Of a stretch of DNA of 32,000 nucleotides, positions 1 to 8,766 are shown one piece after another. Under the pieces are notes generated by a model. It worked only from the letters and a program-made list of their open reading frames with translations, ran no database searches and was not told the origin of the DNA. Location: NCBI RefSeq assembly GCF_025643275.1, contig NZ_CP089977.1, positions 1,950,001 through 1,982,000 of the forward strand. The letters are read 5' to 3'. The stretch comes from Moraxella nasicaprae (GTDB taxonomy: Bacteria; Pseudomonadota; Gammaproteobacteria; Pseudomonadales; Moraxellaceae). The stretch's first letter is position 1; every line of letters begins with the position of its first letter. Position numbers and translations under genes: made by a program.

Positions 1-168
1 AGGCAGGCAGCCATCGTGATGCCCACATAGTCCGCATTGGGTTTGGGGCAAGATGGCATCGATATTGGCGATGGCGATTTTTTGGCTGGCTGGTAAGCGG
101 TCAATGGCTAGCGGAGAAAACAAAATGGGCAAATCGCTTAATCTGTCCAGATGAGTGGTGTCAGTCAT
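1..168 (-). CDS. RnfB-like Fe-S (ferredoxin-type) protein, N-terminal 56 codons only; gene runs off the window start
   Basis: My minus-strand translation from ATG (166-168) gives MTDTTHLDRLSDLPILFSPLAIDRLPASQKIAIANIDAILPQTQCGLCGHHDGCLP. The IDAxLPQTQCGxCG motif is typical of the RnfB-type 4Fe-4S domain. It starts 17 nt downstream of the nudC stop on the same strand. It is truncated, so it is not in the ORF track. Confidence 0.5.
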   Translation of the reverse strand, partial: MTDTTHLDRLSDLPILFSPLAIDRLPASQKIAIANIDAILPQTQCGLCGHHDGCLP

Positions 169-185
169 AATGTTTGGTTAATGAG

Positions 186-986
186 TTAATGATGATGAAA
201 CTGTTCGATGACAGCACGAATCAATTGATGAGAGATACTACCAGCACGAGGCGTGGGAGGTAATTGGCTTAGTTCAAAAAAATCCGCTTCGGCAAGCTCT
301 TGCTTATCAATGACGATGTCGCCCCCGTCATAATGGGCAAAAAATCCCAGCATCAAATTACTAGGATATGGCCACGATTGGCTACCAAAATAACGAATGT
401 CCTTGATGCAAATGCCTATCTCTTCTTGCACCTCTCGTACAATCGCCATTTCGACCGTCTCGCCTGCTTCCATAAAGCCTGCAATCAGTCCAAATATGCC
501 ACTTTTGTGCTTGTGGTGTCTGGCAAGTAGTAGCTGTGGTTTTGGTGTGTCAGTACGAACGATGGCAACAATCACACACGGCTGTATGCGTGGATAGGCG
601 TGATGTTTGCAGGCGGTGCAGATTTTGGCGTATTCGTGGCGATGAAAGATGGTTTTGTTACCACACACACCGCAAAATTGATGCTCATGTTGCCACCGAA
701 CCAAAGCAATGGCGTGGCTTAGATGATTGGCGGCTGTTTCGTCCATGTGGCTAAGCAAGTTGCCAAATTCGATGAATTGCAGGTTTTTGGCGGTTTTGCT
801 GTCATAGCCTTGCCCATAGGGATATATCAACCCAAGCTCCAATGCGTCCGTCAATCCGATGGCATGTGTCGCCAACCAATGATGGGGCGGTGCAAATAGC
901 TTGATGGCTGATTTTGGCGTATTGGCAAAAGTGTGTGGCAGACCATTTTCATCACATAATACACCACTGCCACGAATGACCCACAT
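186..986 (-). CDS. nudC: NADH pyrophosphatase, Nudix hydrolase NudC
   Basis: Zinc ribbon CGVCG...CTAC, Nudix box GFMEAGETVEMAIVREVQEEIGI, and the NudC-type SQSWPYPSN motif. I prefer the ATG at 984-986 (MWVIRGSG...) over the TTG at 1010, because it overlaps the upstream stop by one base (TGATG). Confidence 0.85.
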   Translation of the reverse strand: MWVIRGSGVLCDENGLPHTFANTPKSAIKLFAPPHHWLATHAIGLTDALELGLIYPYGQGYDSKTAKNLQFIEFGNLLSHMDETAANHLSHAIALVRWQHEHQFCGVCGNKTIFHRHEYAKICTACKHHAYPRIQPCVIVAIVRTDTPKPQLLLARHHKHKSGIFGLIAGFMEAGETVEMAIVREVQEEIGICIKDIRYFGSQSWPYPSNLMLGFFAHYDGGDIVIDKQELAEADFFELSQLPPTPRAGSISHQLIRAVIEQFHHH

Positions 987-2272
987 CACGATAAGACAGA
1001 CTCTCGCCAAATGCGGTCAGCGTCAAAATCAGCACCAGACTGCTGAATTAGGCTGGCATATTGTGATAAATCGCTAAACGCAACCCCTTGTTCATTTTGT
1101 TCACTATTTTTGACTTCTTCGTCCATTGACAAAGCAAGCTGACCGCCTGTCATCGCCAAAAAAACTTCCGCCAAAATCTCAGAGTCCAGTAATGCCCCGT
1201 GGAAAGTACGGTTTTTATTGCCTACACCCAAGCGATTGACTAGGGCGTCAAGTGTATTTTTTTGACCAGGATACATTTGCCTTGCCATTGCCAGACTGTC
1301 GGTCACTTGAACTCTATCCAAAAAGTCGGTCAGTCCAACTTTGTCAAATTCCATTTTTAAAAATCGCATATCAAAGTTGGCGTTGTGTGCGATGACTTCG
1401 CTGTCCACCATAAATTCATAAATGTCTTGGGCGACTTCGGCAAATTTTGGTTTGTCGGTCAAAAATTCATTGCTAATGCCATGAACTCTGATGACTTCCT
1501 CGTCCATCTCTCGGTCGGGATTGATATAGACATGCAGTTTTTTGCCAGTAAATTTGCGACCAACCATCTCAATGATACCCACCTCAACGATACGATCACC
1601 GCCTTGGTCTTCAAAACCTGTGGTCTCTGTATCCATGATGAGTTGGCGTTCGGGCTTGCCACGATTGTCAGGCTTGGGTAATAACGCCCAAAAATCAGGA
1701 TTGATACGACTGGTATCGCCATCATAGGCAGGGTTTTGTTCGCAATGCTCTGACGATGGCGTGGTATGCACACTGATGTCTGTTGATGAATTTGGCGTGG
1801 CGTCTTGGTCGGTTAAGGCGGGAATGAATGTTTCGCCAGCACCATCGACACCCAGATTGGCAAGTTTATCCGCCATTTCGTTACCTGCGTGCCCTGCATG
1901 ACCTTTGACCCACTGCCAATCAATACGGCGATTTTGACTAAGGGTATCTAAGCGTTGCCATAAATCTTGATTAAGTACCGCCTTACCGTCTGATTTTTTC
2001 CAGCCACGAGCTTTCCAGCCGTGTATCCATTCACTGATGCCTTTTTGAACATAGCTAGAATCCGTCCAGATTTGAATCGGTGTATCGGCAGGCGTGCGTT
2101 CTAGGGCGGTGATTGCTCCCATGAGTTCCATTCGATTGTTGGTGGTGTCAGGCTCGCCACCCCAGATGTTGAGTATGTCGCCATTTGGGTAGGTGATGTG
2201 CGTACCAAATCCGCCAGCCGCCAACTCTTTGCCATTGCCCTTACAAGCACCATCGGTGTATGCAATAATCAT
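986..2272 (-). CDS. dnaQ: Fusion protein: RNase HI (N-terminal) plus DNA polymerase III epsilon proofreading exonuclease (C-terminal)
   Basis: N-terminal part: YTDGACKGNG, TNNRMELMGAITALE, IWTDSSYV and KGHAGHAGNEMADKLA (RNase H DEDD/H residues). After a roughly 60-aa Ser/Thr/Pro/Asp-rich linker come Exo I LIMDTETTG, Exo II AHNANFDMRFL and Exo III HGALLDSEILAEVF. Start taken at ATG 2270-2272 (MIIAYTDGA). An ATG at 2311 is an alternative. Confidence 0.85.
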   Translation of the reverse strand: MIIAYTDGACKGNGKELAAGGFGTHITYPNGDILNIWGGEPDTTNNRMELMGAITALERTPADTPIQIWTDSSYVQKGISEWIHGWKARGWKKSDGKAVLNQDLWQRLDTLSQNRRIDWQWVKGHAGHAGNEMADKLANLGVDGAGETFIPALTDQDATPNSSTDISVHTTPSSEHCEQNPAYDGDTSRINPDFWALLPKPDNRGKPERQLIMDTETTGFEDQGGDRIVEVGIIEMVGRKFTGKKLHVYINPDREMDEEVIRVHGISNEFLTDKPKFAEVAQDIYEFMVDSEVIAHNANFDMRFLKMEFDKVGLTDFLDRVQVTDSLAMARQMYPGQKNTLDALVNRLGVGNKNRTFHGALLDSEILAEVFLAMTGGQLALSMDEEVKNSEQNEQGVAFSDLSQYASLIQQSGADFDADRIWRESVLS

Positions 2273-2687
2273 AATAATCTCGTGTGATTGTTTTGTTCTA
2301 TTATAAAGCATTCTGCTGATTTTTTGGGGATTTTTATGTCAAGAAAATGTTTGTTGCGACAAGATTTGTGCCAATCTTAGGGCGATTATTTCATCAAAAT
2401 AGGATATAATACGCATCACAAGCATTCACTCATCATCTCATCTCTTAAAAGCATGTTGTTGATGATATGGGCGTTGAATTTGCTTAGGTTTTTTATTGAC
2501 GATGTTTTTTTGTAAAAAAGTATCAAAAAGGGATTGATGACACGCTTGTTGGTGCTAGCCAAACCTTTGATGGTAGGCTGTCTTGCCAAAGTTTGTCCGT
2601 TATCAGACATAAGATTGGTAAAAATTAAGCCCGATACAAGTATGATGTCGGTTGTCATCAATGCTAATGATGGATTAGAGTTTATTT

Positions 2688-3332
2688 ATGTCACTTAGCC
2701 ACCATTTTGCCAGAGAGTTTCATTGGCAATATCTGCACGCCCCCAAAGGCGTGGTTTTAACCCAGACGAATCGACCTTTGTATTTGGAGATTGGTGCTGG
2801 CAAAGGTAAGCACGCTTTATTATTTGCCAAAAATAATCCGCAGGCACAGTTGCTGGCGGTGGAACGCACCAGTGAAAAATTTGCTGCATTTGATAAACGG
2901 TTTGACCAGCATGCACCAGACAATCTGCAAGCCATTCATGCTGATGCCATTGCGTTTTGTGTGCATTTTATTGAGCCAAATTCATTGGCAGGCGTGTTCT
3001 TGTTGTACCCCAATCCAGAGCCGCACAATAAAAATCAACGCTGGCTGAATATGCCATTTTTTGAATTTTTATTATCTCGTATGCAGGCAGGGGCGAGTAT
3101 TGTGTTGGCAAGCAACATTGCCAGCTATATTGATGAGGCTTGTGATTTGCTGGATGCTGTTTGGTTGTTGCCTTATCAAAAACGCACGATTGAGCCATCA
3201 TCAGCACGAACGCATTTTGAGATTAAATATCTGGCAAGAGGCGAGCTTTGTCAAGAATTGACGATTACCAAACCAGCAGGATATCGCACCCGATTTGATG
3301 AGATTGGGGCGGTTGGCACGCAGACAAGATGA
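2688..3332 (+). CDS. TrmB-like (Methyltransf_4) SAM-dependent methyltransferase, divergent
   Basis: SAM-binding LEIGAGKGKHALLFA...LLAVERT and a TrmB-like segment LLYPNPEPHNKNQRWL. As I recall, canonical TrmB has FPDPWHKxRHxKRR there, so the motif is degenerate. The stop overlaps the next start (ATGA). Confidence 0.6.
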   Translation: MSLSHHFAREFHWQYLHAPKGVVLTQTNRPLYLEIGAGKGKHALLFAKNNPQAQLLAVERTSEKFAAFDKRFDQHAPDNLQAIHADAIAFCVHFIEPNSLAGVFLLYPNPEPHNKNQRWLNMPFFEFLLSRMQAGASIVLASNIASYIDEACDLLDAVWLLPYQKRTIEPSSARTHFEIKYLARGELCQELTITKPAGYRTRFDEIGAVGTQTR

Positions 3333-4555
3333 TGAATAAAAAGCACATTGCCATTGTTGGTGCAGGAGCGGCAGGATTGATGGCGGCAGAGGTGTTGTCG
3401 TCCCATGATGATGTGATGGTGTCTGTGTATGAGCATAAACCGACTGCCGCTCGTAAGATATTGATGGCTGGTAAGACGGGGCTAAATATCTCACACGCTG
3501 AGCCGCTCGACCAGTTTGTCAGTCGCTACTTGGTGCATGATGAGCGATTGGCAAATTATGTTCAACGCTTTGATGCCAATGCCATCAGGGCGTGGATGTT
3601 GGGTTTGGGTGTGGAGAGTTTTGTTGGCTCAACTGGACGCATTTTTCCAACGCAGATGAAAGCATCGGTACTGGTGCGAGCGTGGCTAAATCGATTGTCA
3701 GAGGCTGGTGTGGCGTTTTATTATCGGCACGGCTGTATTGATGTGCAAGGCACCACCTTAACTTTGGTGCAGTCCGACCAAAAAGGCGAGGTCATCAGGC
3801 AATTTTCCCAAGATTTTGATGCCGTGATTTTGGCGTGTGGCGGTGGTTCGCATGCTAAGCTGGGCAGTGATGGGGCGTGGCAAGAGTGGTTTGATGATGA
3901 GCAATTAACGCCACTATACCCCAGTAATGTGGGCGTGTTAAAAGACTGGTCATCATTCATTGAGCCGCTGTATGGTCAAGCCATTAAGCGAGTCAAGGCT
4001 TGGGTGCAGCCACAGCACAGCCATCAGGGCGATATTATCATCAGCCATTATGGGCTAGAAAGCGGTCTAATTTATCGACTCAATCACACGATGAGACAGG
4101 CGATGAATCAGGAGGGTTTTGTGCTGCATTTGGATTTATTGCCCGACAAAAGCCTTGATGCCATCATTAAAATAGTTCAACAAAACAAAAAACAATCCCT
4201 TAACACTGTGTTAAAAAAATTAGGACTTGATAAAGTCAAGATTGCCGTTTTGCGAGAATGCACCAATAAAACCGACTGGTCGGATTTTATAAAAATGGCA
4301 AATCACATCAAGGATTTATCCATCAAATGCACAGGATTTCGCCCCATTGATGAGGCGATTAGCACAGGCGGCGGTGTGAAATGGTCCTGCTTGGACGATG
4401 ATTTGCAGTGTTTGCATCAGGCAGGGCTGTTTTGTGCAGGCGAGATGCTTGATTGGGACGCACCGACTGGTGGCTATCTTTTGACCGCCTGTTTTGCCAC
4501 AGGTCGTGCCGCTGCTCATGGCGTATTAAAATTTCTTGATGTCAAAAAATCTTAA
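3329..4555 (+). CDS. HI0933/BaiN-family NAD(P)/FAD-dependent flavoprotein (TIGR03862-like)
   Basis: N-terminal Rossmann IAIVGAGAAGLMAAEVL, then ARKILMAGKTGLNISH. C-terminal GEMLDWDAPTGGYLLTACFATGRAAA is typical of this family. Confidence 0.75.
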   Translation: MMNKKHIAIVGAGAAGLMAAEVLSSHDDVMVSVYEHKPTAARKILMAGKTGLNISHAEPLDQFVSRYLVHDERLANYVQRFDANAIRAWMLGLGVESFVGSTGRIFPTQMKASVLVRAWLNRLSEAGVAFYYRHGCIDVQGTTLTLVQSDQKGEVIRQFSQDFDAVILACGGGSHAKLGSDGAWQEWFDDEQLTPLYPSNVGVLKDWSSFIEPLYGQAIKRVKAWVQPQHSHQGDIIISHYGLESGLIYRLNHTMRQAMNQEGFVLHLDLLPDKSLDAIIKIVQQNKKQSLNTVLKKLGLDKVKIAVLRECTNKTDWSDFIKMANHIKDLSIKCTGFRPIDEAISTGGGVKWSCLDDDLQCLHQAGLFCAGEMLDWDAPTGGYLLTACFATGRAAAHGVLKFLDVKKS

Positions 4556-4590
4556 CACGCATTTAACACACATTTAACACATATTTAAGG
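4552..4590. repeat. Imperfect tandem repeat, about 11-bp unit x 3.5 (TTAACACGCA / TTTAACACACA / TTTAACACATA / TTTAAGG)
   Basis: Read directly from the sequence. It begins at the stop codon of the flavoprotein gene, in the 66-bp gap between convergent genes. Confidence 0.7.
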
Positions 4591-4621
4591 GCATGCTGGG
4601 CAATTTTAGTTTAGATGATGA

Positions 4622-6001
4622 CTAAGTAAGAGTATCAGTTTTGGCGGTTTGGGCAGTCATGAATGGTGCCATGAGTGCGTCGCCATCGGTTCTAGCATCA
4701 AGAGCAACCAGTAAAGCGTACGCTCCGATGAATTTTCGACTGATGAACATCATCTCTTTGGGGGGCAGGCTAAATTCCAATGACTGCATGCCTTGCTTGG
4801 CGTGTGCCATCACACGGGCGTACAAATCACTGCCTGCCCATCGATAACTGCCTGTATCATCAAGGCGTTGTGAATCTAGGGTGCTTGGCTTGGCAAAGGG
4901 TTCGCATGCCATCAAAAACACCTCTGCCATGTCGGATTTTGGCTTGCCGTTGAGATGGTCAAAGAATGGATAGCCAGTCATCGCTGACATCATCAGGGTT
5001 TTATCCTGCTGATAGCCTGCCTGAATCAGTCCTTTGGCAATGGTAAGCAGATGTTCATCAAATTGTTTAATCGCACCAAAGTCAAGCAATACCAGCTTAT
5101 CAATGCCATCTTCATGTCGCACCAAATAATTACCAAAATTTGGGTCTGTCTGCATTTCTCCCCATTCAAATAGCTCCCTTAGCACAATCTCAATGGCAGC
5201 GTGTCCTAAGGCATTTTTTCGAGATTGAGGCAGTGTGGTCAGGCTTTCATCATTGAGCGAGACCCCAGCTTCAAAGCTCATGCAAATCAAGCGGTCGGTG
5301 CTATAATTATCATAAATGGTCGGTACGATGTAGCGTTCATCGTCTGCCAAATATCGAGCAAATCGCTTGGTGGTGTTGGCTTCTAGGCGATAATCCACTT
5401 CTTTGTGCAACAGATGATTGATTTCATAAAACCAATCGTCTAGTGCCTTAGTCTGAGGAACGGCATTGGTAATTTTTAATAAATTTTTAAAAATAGCAAG
5501 GTCTGAATTGATGGAATTTGCTACATTGGGGTATTGTACTTTTAGGACGACCTGTCTGCCTGTGAACTTATGCACCGCCTTATGCACCTGTGCCAAACTG
5601 GCTGTACCAAGTGGTGTGCGTTCAATGTCAAAATCATCAATCCTATCGCCCAGCTCCTGACGAATGCTGTGTTCGATGACTTGCCAAGCCAAAGGCGTTG
5701 TACTAGCATCAAGTGTGTGCAGGGCATTTAGCACTTCTTTGGGCAAAAAATGCTCGCCATATAACGCCAGCATCTGACCAACTTTCACCACAGACCCTTT
5801 AAGTTTGCCAAGTTCGCTAACCAAATAGTCAGCTTGTTCTTGGAGTAGCTGATGTTTTTGAATGGCTCTTTGTTCTTTGCTGAGCAGTAGTCCGCCCACG
5901 CTTGATTTTGCCCAGTTTTTACCGATATTGAGCGAGGTTTTGGCGATGGATAGCTGGCGTTGGAATGGGCTGGTTTTTAGTTTATCAAGTGGCTGACTCA
6001 T
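4622..6001 (-). CDS. ABC1/UbiB-family atypical protein kinase
   Basis: LGTASLAQVHKAV...VVLKVQYPNV, plus LVLLDFGA and MQTDPNFGNYLV, all typical of the ABC1/AarF family. Start taken at the ATG at 6001 (MSQPLDKLK). The ORF-track start at 6055 is a TTG. Confidence 0.8.
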   Translation of the reverse strand: MSQPLDKLKTSPFQRQLSIAKTSLNIGKNWAKSSVGGLLLSKEQRAIQKHQLLQEQADYLVSELGKLKGSVVKVGQMLALYGEHFLPKEVLNALHTLDASTTPLAWQVIEHSIRQELGDRIDDFDIERTPLGTASLAQVHKAVHKFTGRQVVLKVQYPNVANSINSDLAIFKNLLKITNAVPQTKALDDWFYEINHLLHKEVDYRLEANTTKRFARYLADDERYIVPTIYDNYSTDRLICMSFEAGVSLNDESLTTLPQSRKNALGHAAIEIVLRELFEWGEMQTDPNFGNYLVRHEDGIDKLVLLDFGAIKQFDEHLLTIAKGLIQAGYQQDKTLMMSAMTGYPFFDHLNGKPKSDMAEVFLMACEPFAKPSTLDSQRLDDTGSYRWAGSDLYARVMAHAKQGMQSLEFSLPPKEMMFISRKFIGAYALLVALDARTDGDALMAPFMTAQTAKTDTLT

Positions 6002-6407
6002 AATTAACTTGCAATAACACTGTTTGACAATGTCGCTATTATAGCATTTTGCCAATAAAATCGCTAATGCTTGTTATCCGACTGATGCTTAATGGGTAAA
6101 ATAATCAATCAGATTACCCTTGACAAAAACAGTATGCAAAAAGGTGTGCTTTGCTTATCTGCTTAAAAACTGATTTTGTATTTTTCACAAAAAGCCACCA
6201 ATCAGTTGCCCAAGTCGTTCCATACTCGCTATCATTGGTTTGACTGATTGATGGTAAAGATTTGATGGATAAATTGGCAGCCAATGGCTTGTGTACGTAC
6301 TTTTTATGGATAAAAATTTGGCAATCAGGCTGACCATCATGGATACCTTGTGTCTGATGGGTCTAACCAAACACCATCAGACGAATAAGAAATTTTGGTT
6401 CTGGTTC

Positions 6408-6520
6408 AAAAAGTATGCCACAAAGAAAACCGTTCGTGGTGAGCTTGTCAAGCCGCTACTATCTTCCCAACCGCAGGCAAGTTAATGGCGAACGAAAAAA
6501 CCTAGTTTGGCATACTTTTT
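6408..6520. repeat. 113-bp palindromic MITE/REP-like element with perfect 13-bp terminal inverted repeats
   Basis: AAAAAGTATGCCA (6408-6420) is the exact reverse complement of TGGCATACTTTTT (6508-6520). There is an inner inverted pair CGTTCG (6431-6436) / CGAACG (6489-6494). It lies in a 558-bp noncoding gap. Confidence 0.55.
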
Positions 6521-6572
6521 AGACCTTAGACCGCCGCCGAAATTTTAAGGTGAAGGCGTTTTAAAGATGTTA

Positions 6573-6607
6573 AGAAAAAAGAGCGATGATGTCTCGCTCT
6601 TTTTTAT
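6573..6607 (-). terminator. Rho-independent terminator of purD (A-run / 8-bp stem / T-run, potentially bidirectional)
   Basis: AAGAGCGA (6579-6586) pairs with TCGCTCTT (6594-6601) across a 7-nt loop. It is flanked by A6 and T6 runs and lies a few nt after the purD stop. Confidence 0.8.
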
Positions 6608-6613
6608 CGGCAG

Positions 6614-7885
6614 TCATCGATTGATGGCACGCCAGCCAATATCACGACGATATTGCATGCCATCAAAGTGAATGTCTTTGATGGCTTCTAGGGAGGTGGT
6701 TTGTGCGGTGGCAATATCATCTGCCAGTGCAGTGACGCACAGTACTCGTCCACCATCGGTAACAATGTTGCCATCAACCTGTTTTGTGCCAGCATGAAAT
6801 ACTTTGATGGCAGGATTGTTGGTGGACAATCCTGTGATGACATCGCCCTTGGAGCTACTTTCTGGGTAGCCACGACTGGCAAGCACTACACCTAAGGCAA
6901 CCTGTTTCGACCAGTCGGCATGAGCAGGTAGATTGCCTGCCAAGCCCTGTTCAATCAGATGTACCAAAGAGCTTTCTAGTCGCATCATGATGGGCTGCGT
7001 CTCAGGGTCGCCAAATCGGCAGTTAAATTCAATGACTTGTGGATTGCCACATTCATCAATCATCAAGCCTGCATATAAAAAGCCTGTATAAGGCGTGCCA
7101 TGATTTGCCATTGCATCAACCACAGGACGAATGATACGCTCAATGACTTTATCATGTACTGACGGAGTAACAACAGGAGCAGGGGAATATGCACCCATGC
7201 CACCAGTATTTGCCCCCAAGTCGCCCTCAAAGATGCGTTTGTGGTCTTGGCTGGTTGCCATTGGTAGGATATTTTTGCCATCAATCATGCAGATGAATGA
7301 GGCCTCCTCGCCAGCCAAAAATTCTTCGATGACGACACGACTGCCAGCATCGCCAAATTTATTGTCCGCCAACATATCATCTACGGCAGCAAATGCTTCC
7401 TCTTGATTGGTGGCGACAATCACACCCTTGCCAGCCGCCAGACCGTCTGCCTTGATGACAATGGGCGTGCCTTTGGCAACGATGTAGTCTTTGGCAGCAT
7501 GAGCATCGGTGAAGACTTCATAAAAAGCGGTGGGAATGTTGTGCTGTTTCATAAAGGCTTTGGCAAAAGCTTTTGAGCCTTCCAGCTGAGCACAATATTG
7601 TGTTGGCCCCCAAATGGCAATGCCAGCCTGACGCAAATCATCAACCACGCCAGCAACCAAAGGTGCTTCTGGGCCAACCAGCACGAAAGCAACATCGTTG
7701 TTTTGGCAAAATGTGATGAGCTGTTCATGATTGGCGATGTCCAAATCGACATTTTGTAGTTTTGGCTCAGTGGCTGTACCAGCATTACCTTTGGCAACAA
7801 AGACAGTGCGTACTCGTTCATCTTTGGCACACGCCCAAGCTAAGGCGTGCTCTCGTCCACCTGTACCCAAGACCAAGATATTCAT
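6614..7885 (-). CDS. purD: Phosphoribosylamine-glycine ligase
   Basis: MNILVLGTGGREHALAW start, an ATP-grasp core, and FNCRFGDPETQ. The length (423 aa) is typical. Confidence 0.95.
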   Translation of the reverse strand: MNILVLGTGGREHALAWACAKDERVRTVFVAKGNAGTATEPKLQNVDLDIANHEQLITFCQNNDVAFVLVGPEAPLVAGVVDDLRQAGIAIWGPTQYCAQLEGSKAFAKAFMKQHNIPTAFYEVFTDAHAAKDYIVAKGTPIVIKADGLAAGKGVIVATNQEEAFAAVDDMLADNKFGDAGSRVVIEEFLAGEEASFICMIDGKNILPMATSQDHKRIFEGDLGANTGGMGAYSPAPVVTPSVHDKVIERIIRPVVDAMANHGTPYTGFLYAGLMIDECGNPQVIEFNCRFGDPETQPIMMRLESSLVHLIEQGLAGNLPAHADWSKQVALGVVLASRGYPESSSKGDVITGLSTNNPAIKVFHAGTKQVDGNIVTDGGRVLCVTALADDIATAQTTSLEAIKDIHFDGMQYRRDIGWRAINR

Positions 7886-7958
7886 AAAACTTCCTATTTA
7901 TTGAAACAATCGTTTAAAATATTGATGATGGCTGAACAATTTGACCATCATGAGTGTA

Positions 7959-8591
7959 TTAGGCGACAGAGAGGACAAATTTATCGCCATTGATGCCTGC
8001 TGTCATTGTGTCGCCAGCGGTAAGTTTACCCACGCCCTTTGGTGTGCCAGTATAAATCAAATCACCTGCTCTTAGACCAAAATGTCGATGCAGATAATCA
8101 AGCTGGTAAGCAATATCAAAAATCATTTTATCGGTGGTGTCGTGCTGACGAACTTCGTCATTAACCGACAAAAAAAGCTCACAGACATCAGGCGTGCCAA
8201 GTGTTAAAGGAGATAGCCAAGCTGCATCTTTAAATCCTTTGGCAAGCGTCCATGGCAAGCCTTTTTCTTTGAGTTTGGCTTGAATATCTCTGGCGGTCAA
8301 ATCAAGCCCAACACCATACGCCTGCACGCATTCAACGGTTGCCACTGCATCATCAGCCACATCTTGACCGATGTATAAAACCAGCTCAACTTCGTGATGA
8401 ATGTCATTTGAAAAGGAGGGTAGTGTCAAGGTATTGGCGGTGGTTAAGGCGGTGGTTGGTTTTAAAAAAACCACAGGTTCGCCTGTTGGCGTGTTGCCAA
8501 GTTCGCTGATATGCTCAGCATAACTGCGTCCAATACAATAGATGTTATTGATGATGGCGGTATCGCCAGTGGTAAAATGCACAGTTTTCAT
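7959..8591 (-). CDS. Small FAH-family protein (YcgM/FAHD1-like)
   Basis: IYCIGRSYAEHISELG, HHEVELVLYIG, GVGLDLTARDIQ and GDLIYTGTPKGVG match the fumarylacetoacetate hydrolase fold. Start taken at ATG 8591 (MKTVHFTTGD). Confidence 0.75.
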   Translation of the reverse strand: MKTVHFTTGDTAIINNIYCIGRSYAEHISELGNTPTGEPVVFLKPTTALTTANTLTLPSFSNDIHHEVELVLYIGQDVADDAVATVECVQAYGVGLDLTARDIQAKLKEKGLPWTLAKGFKDAAWLSPLTLGTPDVCELFLSVNDEVRQHDTTDKMIFDIAYQLDYLHRHFGLRAGDLIYTGTPKGVGKLTAGDTMTAGINGDKFVLSVA

Positions 8592-8766
8592 CAGATGACC
8601 GAGTAAATTTTTTGCCAAAGAAATAACCAAATAATGCCCCTTATCATATCAAAAAACCTGCACAAAACAAAGTCATTTCTGGCAAATTTTAGCCTTTGTT
8701 TGACGGATTGATGAAATGGATAGTGGGTCGTTTGAGGCAATCAAACCGACCAATTTATTGGCAATA

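Noticed and set aside
2416-2661. 81-aa ORF in the rnhA-dnaQ / methyltransferase intergenic region
   Set aside because: The translation has odd composition, no RBS and no motif. The region is better explained as divergent promoter or leader DNA.
4552-4590. The short tandem repeat as a CRISPR-like array
   Set aside because: The units are contiguous with no spacers, are only about 11 bp long, and no cas genes are present.
6185-6485. 61-aa and 64-aa ORFs in the purD / ABC1-kinase gap
   Set aside because: The 64-aa ORF reads through the palindromic repeat element (the TVRGELVKPLL segment is repeat-encoded). Neither ORF has an RBS or a motif.
7915-7950. Hairpin ATGATGG / CCATCAT between the small FAH gene and purD as a terminator
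   Set aside because: The stem is only 7 bp and AT-rich, with no clear U-tract on the minus-strand transcript. I could not distinguish it from chance.
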